A program made the translations under genes and the position numbers. Shown piece by piece: positions 34,175 through 41,923 of a stretch of DNA of 41,923 nt; within the stretch, counting starts at the first letter, position 1; each line of letters opens with the position of its first letter. The stretch is from Octopus bimaculoides. Lineage: Eukaryota. The stretch covers positions 17,043,910 through 17,085,832 of the forward strand of contig NC_068990.1 of NCBI RefSeq assembly GCF_001194135.2, written 5' to 3'. Under the pieces are notes generated by a model. It was not told where the DNA came from. It was given only the letters and a program-made list of their open reading frames with translations, and did not search any database.

Positions 34175-34379
34175 TATATACATACATACAAATAAGATAG
34201 ATTTAAATATAAATGTACGATACAGTAAATAGACAATATATATAAATACATACATACATACATACATATATACATACATACATACATACATACACACACG
34301 TATATGCATGACATGCTGTACTCTAGAATATATTTAGATTTTAACGAATTCTGTGATGGAGAGGTGTAAAATGTATACA

Positions 34380-34419
<40 letters not shown>

Positions 34420-35356
34420 NNNNNNNNNNTTCCTAGAATTTCCCTCCCACTCATTCACGTTTAAATTCATCCACCTCACCTCCCCCACCTCATGATGCTT
34501 TAAGTCAGGGGTTGTTTTTTGTTGTTTTTTTTTATGTTCCCTCTCCTTTCTTTTAAATTTATTTTTGTATCTTTTTTTTTTTACCGGTTCTCTTTATCTT
34601 TGAACATGATCCCCTGCTACCAACTACACCGCCACCACCATTACCATCACTATTATCATTATCACTTACTACAACCACCACCCGCAGTCACAGTTGCACA
34701 CCATACCTTCCAGCCCCAGGATTCATATATATATAACTTAAGCTCTGACGTCTTACTTTATTTCCGAGGAGCCATTTGTAAACATCTCTTTAAATTCATA
34801 ACGCAGGTTTATCTGTTTCTTTCTTCGTCATCTATCCCCACCTCTCGCTCTTTCTCTTATCTTTATTGTCTTCAGTGTATTGACATCAGTGTGTGTGTGT
34901 GTGTGTGTGTGTGTCTGTGTGTTATAAGAGGCGATGGAAATGCAGATATGACAATGACAAAGATATAGGGTGCGGCAAAACCCCCTTCCAGATTTGTCAT
35001 TCTTGATAAACGTTTCAACACCAAACACACGTTGTGCATTGGTCTGGATCATTGATAGTTACTGTGAAAAAAAGAACAAAAAAAAAAACCAGTAAAATAT
35101 TAGCTACGTGGATGTAAAGATAACGTCCGTCTAACTTCGCCAGCGCCACGTCAAATGGTTGCATAAAATATAGAGTTTTCTGTCGCATCCTTAGGAATAA
35201 TTCATCTTATTAATGAATGACACCTTCTGTACGCGTTCATATATATACACGTGTGTCCACGCATAGGATTCAGTTTTCGTTATAAACGTTTCAACAACGC
35301 ACGGTGTGCATGATGACGACTGAGAAAGAAACGGTGAAATATTCTTTTCTATTCTC

Positions 35357-35776
35357 GGCACAAGACCCGAAATTTGGGGGGAGGGGGCCAGTCGGTTAGA
35401 CGACTCCAGTACGCAACTGGTACTTAATATATCGACCCTGAAAGGATGAAAGGTAAAGTCGACCTCGGCGGAATTTGAACTCAGAACGCAAAGACAGACG
35501 AAATACCGCTAAGCATATCGCCCGGCATGCTAGCGTTTCTTATTTCTTTATTGCCCACAAGGGGCAAAACATAGAGGGGACAAACAAGAACAGAGAAAGG
35601 GATTAAGTCGATAACATCGACCCCAGTGCATAACTGGTACTTAATTTATCAACCCCGAAAGGATGAAAGGCAAAGTCGACCTCGGTGGAATTTGAACTCA
35701 GAACTCAGAACGTAACGGCAGACGAAATACCGCTAAGCATTTCGCGCGGCGTGCTAACGATTCTGCCAGCTCGCCA
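35357..35776 (-). mobile_element. Head-to-tail dimer of SINE family A
   Basis: The upstream monomer (35538-35776) ends ...ccccttgtgggcaataaagaaataagaa and is joined to a second monomer starting (ag)aaacgctagcatgccggg, which ends in the usual tail near 35357. Confidence 0.9.
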
Positions 35777-36361
35777 CTTTAGAANNNNNNNNNNNNNNNN
35801 NNNNNNNNNNNNNNNNNNNNNNNNNNNNNNNNNNNNNNNNNNNNNNNNNNNNNNNNNNNNNNNNNNNNNNNNNNNNNNNNNNNNNNNNNNNNNNNNNNNN
35901 NNNNNNNNNNNNNNNNNNNNNNNNNNNNNNNNNNNNNNNNNNNNNNNNNNNNNNNNNNNNNNNNNNNNNNNNNNNNNNNNNNNNNNNNNNNNNNNNNNNN
36001 NNNNNNNNNNNNNNNNNNNNNNNNNNNNNNNNNNNNNNNNNNNNNNNNNNNNNNNNNNNNNNNNNNNNNNNNNNNNNNNNNNNNNNNNNNNNNNNNNNNN
36101 NNNNNNNNNNNNNNNNNNNNNNNNNNNNNNNNNNNNNNNNNNNNNNNNNNNNNNNNNNNNNNNNNNNNNNNNNNNNNNNNNNNNNNNNNNNNNNNNNNNN
36201 NNNNNNNNNNNNNNNNNNNNNNNNNNNNNNNNNNNNNNNNNNNNNNNNNNNNNNNNNNNNNNNNNNNNNNNNNNNNNNNNNNNNNNNNNNNNNNNNNNNN
36301 NNNNNNNNNNNNNNNNNNNNNNNNNNNNNNNNNNNNNNNNNNNNNNNNNNNNNNNNNNNNN

Positions 36362-36920
36362 CATCGACTCCATCATCACCATCAACGTTACAAATACCAG
36401 CCTCCCTACCATCCCCGTTAACTCCACCACCACCACCACCACCACCACCACCATCACCATTATCATTGCAAACACGGTCCTTACCACCGTCTCCACTAAC
36501 TCCACCACCATCATTAACACCACTCATCCTACTACGATTGCTAATATCCTTTCTACTACAGGCACAAGGCCAGCAAGCTCGGGCGAAGGGATGAGTTGAT
36601 TAAGTCGACGCCAATGCATAACTAGTACTTATTCTATCGACCTCGAAAGGATGAAAGGCAAAGTCGACCTCGGCGGAATTTGAATTCAGAACGTAAAGAC
36701 GGACGAAATACTTCTAAGCATTTTGTCCGTCGCACCAGCGATTCTGCCAGCTCACCGCCTTTTCCACCATCATCACTAACATCACCAACAGCAGCAGCAC
36801 CACCACCACCACCATAGTCGACACTAACGCTACCACTACTACCATTAACACTAACCATATCACCACAACACTAAACCTACCACCAACCCAAATATCACCT
36901 TTCCCACCAACACCTAACCA
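36362..36920 (-). mobile_element. SINE family A (36557-36760) flanked by (ACC/ATC)-type trinucleotide tracts
   Basis: aaaggatgaaaggcaaagtcgacctcggcggaatttgaattcagaacg...gattctgccagctcaccgcct. Confidence 0.85.
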
Positions 36921-37100
36921 ACGAAGAAGCCTCTATGTGGTCGATCAATGTACTAGAAATAACAGTAAAAGTTTCTTCAAATTACTCTCTACTGTTACTA
37001 AAAAAATGCATTACTTAATGTAGTCTTGAAAACATCATATCTGGAAAAAGATGGGGTGACCACGGCTGGAATGCTATTTCAGAGTTAAACGACAACAAAA
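36920..37100 (+). mobile_element. Module F copy
   Basis: gaagcctctatgtggtcgatcaatgtactagaaataacag...atggggtgaccacggctggaatgc...ttaaacgacaacaaaa. Confidence 0.6.
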
Positions 37101-37149
37101 ACGCAAACTTAAGAAAAATATGTGTTTGAAGGGGATTCTCAATCCGCCT

Positions 37150-37258
37150 GATCATTACTTTAAATCGCCCTCAGATCATTACTTTAAATCACCTTCAGAT
37201 CATTACTTTAAATCGACCTCAGATCATTACTTCAAATCGCTCTCAGATCATTACTTCA
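37150..37258. repeat. 24-bp minisatellite, ~4.5 copies
   Basis: The unit gatcattactttaaatcgccctca starts at 37150, 37174, 37198, 37222 and 37246. Confidence 0.95.
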
Positions 37259-38485
37259 TCAACTCAAGAAAAAGGCGTGGATCGAAGATATCGAAGTCCT
37301 AGATACACTATACCTTAAAAAAAAAAAGAAGTCTGGTATCAGCTTAAATGAATTTGATCATTACATATCTGCTCGTGTGAAACCTTCAGCTACCGACACT
37401 ATGTCATTCTGGATGAGGTTAACTTTGTTTCGCCTCTCTTAGCTTTCCTTCTTTTGGTTTTCCCCCTCTTCTTTCAAAACCTACCATTTCCGCTTCCTCT
37501 TCACACACACACAGCCATCTATTATCCGCGCCGGAANNNNNNNNNNNNNNNNNNNNNNNNNNNNNNNNNNNNNNNNNNNNNNNNNNNNNNNNNNNNNNNN
37601 NNNNNNNNNNNNNNNNNNNNNNNNNNNNNNNNNNNNNNNNNNNNNNNNNNNNNNNNNNNNNNNNNNNNNNNNNNNNNNNNNNNNNNNNNNNNNNNNNNNN
37701 NNNNNNNNNNNNNNNNNNNNNNNNNNNNNNNNNNNNNNNNNNNNNNNNNNNNNNNNNNNNNNNNNNNNNNNNNNNNNNNNNNNNNNNNNNNNNNNNNNNN
37801 NNNNNNNNNNNNNNNNNNNNNNNNNNNNNNNNNNNNNNNNNNNNNNNNNNNNNNNNNNNNNNNNNNNNNNNNNNNNNNNNNNNNNNNNNNNNNNNNNNNN
37901 NNNNNNNNNNNNNNNNNNNNNNNNNNNNNNNNNNNNNNNNNNNNNNNNNNNNNNNNNNNNNNNNNNNNNNNNNNNNNNNNNNNNNNNNNNNNNNNNNNNN
38001 NNNNNNNNNNNNNNNNNNNNNNNNNNNNNNNNNNNNNNNNNNNNNNNNNNNNNNNNNNNNNNNNNNNNNNNNNNNNNNNNNNNNNNNNNNNNNNNNNNNN
38101 NNNNNNNNNNNNNNNNNNNNNNNNNNNNNNNNNNNNNNNNNNNNNNNNNNNNNNNNNNNNNNNNNNNNNNNNNNNNNNNNNNNNNNNNNNNNNNNNNNNN
38201 NNNNNNNNNNNNNNNNNNNNNNNNNNNNNNNNNNNNNNNNNNNNNNNNNNNNNNNNNNNNNNNNNNNNNNNNNNNCAGCTGTAAGACTCTATCCATAAAA
38301 TATATTTCCAACTTTACCATTGCTCTCTTTATCTTTTTATATATTTATACATACACACGCTAATACACGACTTATAATCCCCAATCCTGTTCATACAACG
38401 ACTGGGGCATAACTAGTCGGTATACAGCACTTACTCGGTATTACCTGTATCTTTTTGGGTTTGGTTAAATCCAATACCCTCCTCA

Positions 38486-38528
<43 letters not shown>

Positions 38529-38841
38529 ACTGCTTTATATCTGCATCCATTTACACTCGGAACACCCATGGCAGAGGACGTCGTTTTGCCAACGTGGCAA
38601 AACATGTGTAGGGAACAAATGGTATAAACTGCATCTTAGGTTTATCATAATTATTCATATCATATCATATCATATATCATATCATATGTATGCGCGCACG
38701 CGCGTGTGTATAACCGCTAACATAATATATCAAAGACAACGTGTTGGCATAGTTTGTATCATTCGTACAATGTCACAACATAACCTGATATTTAAGATTT
38801 GTTGCAGAGCTCCTTGAAATTCATTCCATTATGCATGCATA

Positions 38842-38881
<40 letters not shown>

Positions 38882-39361
38882 CATGTATGCATATAACAAC
38901 TTATATAAACAAATGTATTTATGTCTGTGTGTATATTTCTATGTAGGTGTGGACAAACATGAGCGTATGTGACTATGTATCCGTATATCATGTGTCTATT
39001 TGTGTATTGTTAGTTCAAGGGCATTTCAACATCATCATCATCATCATCATCATCATCACTATTCTTCCAATGCTCTGAACTTTTAATTACCTCATTACAC
39101 ACACTCACACCCATACACGCACACACTAACTCTCTCTCTCTCTCTCTCTTTCTCTTAACAACAATACAACTTCTCGGTGTTACCTTGTTACAATCTATTG
39201 TATCGTCAAAAATGGTCAGAAAGCGACAAAAATCTTTAGAAATACCAAAACCTTCCTTCCGGATAAAACATATGGTTGTTGTTCTTGTTATGGAACATCA
39301 GCATTACCTGAGCATATCCATCCATCCATTAATCCATCCCTTAATCCATCGATCCATATGT

Positions 39362-39637
39362 ATGTGGCCTGGTGGTTAAGGTGTTGCATTCACGATCGCT
39401 AGATCGTGATTTCAATTCCTAGACGGGGTGATGCGTTTCTTCCTGTTTCTGTTGTACCTATTATTTCAAAGGGCCAGCCTTGTCACACTCTGTGGCACGC
39501 TGAATCTCCCCGAGAACTACATTGAGGGTAGACGTGTCTGTGGAGTACTCAGTCACTTGCACGTTAATTTCACGAGTAGACTGTTCCGTTGATAGGATCA
39601 AATAGAACTCACGTCGCCATAACCGACGCAGTGCCAC
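39362..39637 (+). mobile_element. tRNA-derived SINE family D
   Basis: gtggcctggtggttaaggtgttgc...atttcaattcc...ggccagccttgtcacactctgtggcacgctgaatctcc...gcacgttaatttcacgag...gcagtgccac. Confidence 0.85.
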
Positions 39638-40109
39638 GATATGACTAACGACACTCCAATTTTGACCATCTCTTCTGTTCGTTCGATTTTTTGTTAGTTT
39701 TTTTTTTGTTTTTTTTTTTGCTGTTGATGACCCTTGTTTCGCATCCAGTATTACATTTACATACTCTAATATGTCATTTACTTTAAAGATAAAAAGAATG
39801 AACTCTAGGGATATTGTCTAGCCATTTTTAGCAGGGCGAGAGACTCTTTAGAAGCTCTTTTGTTGGTTTGCTTTTTTTTTTTTTTTTTGGTACAAATACA
39901 TCATCGATTATCCGGAACTTTTGATTCCAAGGCCAATCCAGGTTACAGATTTTTCTGAACCAGGGATGGTCGCCTTAGCCAAAACACTCTAAATTAAACA
40001 AATATTACATTTACGAAAATGATTAGCCCACGTTACTTTATAAAGAGCCATGGGCCTGTTTCACTGGTGCATATAGTCCTCCCCGTTCCATGAAAAGAAG
40101 TGCTATTTC

Positions 40110-40250
40110 TGTTGTTGTTCAGCCCCTGATGAACCCTAATGAAGCAAATACTATCATCAAAGTTATTCCAACCGTGACCATTCCGTTTCTTCCTTAATTG
40201 CAAGAAACCTAGAACTATGTAGCCCAGTGTGTCCTGTACTAATTTAGGAG
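40110..40250 (-). mobile_element. Module F copy
   Basis: Minus strand: agaaacggaatggtcacggttggaataactttgatgat...caggggctgaacaacaac. Confidence 0.6.
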
Positions 40251-40499
40251 ATCACTAAATGAATTATCAAGTCCATGAATTTCTGACGAGGAAGAAGAGG
40301 GAGTTAGACACCATTCCCAAGTGTGTCCTGAAAGCAACCTCACTCTACCTAGCAAAATTTCTGTCGGTGGCCCTTTCTACAAGGAAGGGTCAATGACTAC
40401 GAAAAGCAAGACAAAACCAAAACTGCGATAAAGTGGCGAAGTGAGAGAGACGTCTCCATAATAACAATTGGATTTATGGCTTAGCCAAAGGAATAAGAG

Positions 40500-40935
40500 T
40501 TGCATTAGTTTACCATCTGGTGCGAAATGTTGTCATAAGCCAGGGCACTCAAGAACAATGTGCTGGTGTGGTGGAGGTGGTGGGAAAAGCGGTGGAGTAA
40601 GCCGGGTGATGAATTAACTCCACGACTTTGTGTGAAATGCTGCGTGATACAATAAAGTAGGGCAATCAAGGACCATGTGCTGGTGGGACAGCAGTGGGGT
40701 TAAACTGGACGAGAGACTAAGTTTACCGTCCAGTATGAAATGCTTCTGCGAAGTAGTAGACTCAAAGACCACGTAGTGGTGGTTATGTTAAACCAGGCAA
40801 CAGATTAAGTCCACAATCCCCCGTCTGAAATGCTGTGATAAAGTAGGGCTCCTAAGGACCATGTGCTTGTGGTGGTTGAGTTTAAAATGGCTGATGGATT
40901 AAGTCCACCATTCTGTGTGAAATGCTATGATTTCC
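40500..40935. repeat. Degenerate tandem array of ~90-110-bp units, x5
   Basis: gaaatg anchors at 40524, 40634, 40737, 40827 and 40919. Shared motif ...gaaatgctgtgataaagtagggcactcaaggaccatgtgctggtg... Confidence 0.75.
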
Positions 40936-41136
40936 TCTAGCAACGCCACCATCACCATCACCACTAAGGTGACGATGGTAAGGCCTCGTACATTATGCTG
41001 GATGTTTCTTATGAGAGGCGGGCAGGTGACGCATGCAGGAATGTTGTGACGGAAGATCCTGTTTAAATCAGATTCGGTCATAATCCACTTCCTGGAATTC
41101 TGAATACCACACCTCTACAATACACCCATCCGCCGG

Positions 41137-41174
<38 letters not shown>

Positions 41175-41224
41175 ATTACCGTCGCCTTCACCACCACCGC
41201 CGCAGCCGCCAGTGTTGCCAGTTG

Positions 41225-41385
41225 TACTTGCTATGAGTCAAGTCACACCCATCCGTCCCAAAACAGTAACATGATGAGTTAAGTACTGAATACACTGAAT
41301 AAAACCGAGAGGGTCACGGTTGGGACACCTTTTGGTCACATGTATGTCCTATATGATAACGGCTGACCTAGGTATAGAACCAGCG
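41225..41385 (+). mobile_element. Module F copy
   Basis: aagtcacacccatccgtccc...gagagggtcacggttgggacaccttttggtcac...ggctgacctagg. Confidence 0.5.
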
Positions 41386-41458
41386 AAGACGTAAGTGCCT
41401 CTACTTCATTGCTCGATCTGTAACCAGCAGCAGCAACAGCAGTAGTAGTAGTAGTAGT

Positions 41459-41674
41459 ATCTTTTATCTTTTACTGGTTCAGTCATTACAATATGGCCAT
41501 GCTGGTGCATCGGCTTCAATGATTTTTAGTCGAATGAATCGATCGCAGTACTTATTTTTTTAAAAGCCTGGTACTTATTCTATCGGTCACATTTGCCGAA
41601 CCACTAAGTTATAGCAACGTAAACAAAACATCGGTTGTCAAGCGGTGGTGGGGGACAAACAAAGAGAAGCACCA

Positions 41675-41734
<60 letters not shown>

Positions 41735-41855
41735 CGGTGGGCTTCTTTCAGTTTCCATCTAGCAAATCCATTCACAAGGTTCAACTCAATGGAACTGAAC
41801 CCGGAACCATTTAGTTGGGAAGCAAACCTCTTACCACTCAGCCACGCCTGCGCCT
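41459..41855 (-). mobile_element. Full-length SINE family B (degenerate) with an internal (CA)/(TA) microsatellite
   Basis: Minus-strand head aggcgcaggcgtggctgagtggtaag...ttccgggttcagttcc; 3' body with ccgatagaataagtaccaggc and cagcatggcc; internal CA run at 41675-41735. Confidence 0.85.
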
Positions 41856-41923
41856 ATACTAATTTTCTACACAAAATTTTGCTGATACATTTTCGGGGGA
41901 GTCGATTACGATTATCGCGATAA

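Larger units (their letters stand above)
3447..38275. other. 17 assembly gaps, ~5.6 kb of N in total
   Basis: N runs at 3447-3663, 6449-6639, 9779-9788, 11132-11406, 12410-12419, 13010-13673, 15738-16424, 17260-17269, 17940-18206, 21466-21526, 24005-24479, 24969-25139, 29456-30100, 31543-32159, 34420-34429, 35785-36361 and 37537-38275. Confidence 1.

Noticed and set aside
37150-37258. CRISPR-like array
   Set aside because: The units are contiguous with no unique spacers, there are no cas genes and the context is eukaryotic.
40500-40935. CRISPR array or C/D snoRNA cluster reading of the ~100-bp array
   Set aside because: The repeats are too degenerate for CRISPR. C-box-like GTGATA and a D-box CTGA co-occur in only one unit.
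32-41923. Most ORFs in the six-frame track (poly-H/T, YI/CV/HT repeats, X-filled ORFs)
   Set aside because: They are translations of microsatellites, N-gaps or SINEs, with no recognisable domain.

Overview
Eukaryotic, repeat-saturated, apparently non-genic (intronic or intergenic) DNA from a draft assembly. There are 17 N-gaps totalling about 5.6 kb, mostly flanked by microsatellites. I found no intact cellular protein-coding gene, tRNA, rRNA or CRISPR array. Almost all ORFs in the supplied track are translations of microsatellites, gaps or SINEs. The tRNA-derived SINE families and extreme microsatellite density suggest an octopus-like cephalopod (inference). Three ORF groups are real but decayed transposon proteins. 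(1) A full-length Tc1-like element (32910-34174) has a DD36E catalytic spacing. (2) An internally deleted pogo-like element (21840-23541) is nested inside a SINE. (3) The 3' end of an R4/Dong-type RLE non-LTR retrotransposon (16505-17156) is embedded in (CATA)n/(GATA)n. Also present: at least 5 MITEs with readable TIRs and partly readable TSDs, more than 25 SINE copies or fragments from about 4 families, a headless ~80-190 bp module repeated 8 times, and several unexplained structures. The latter are a ~100-bp degenerate tandem array at 40.5-40.9 kb, a TG...CA-bounded multi-stem element at 30.4-30.6 kb, and hammerhead-like core remnants. I see no convincing evidence for a wholly new biological system; the best leads are listed as findings.
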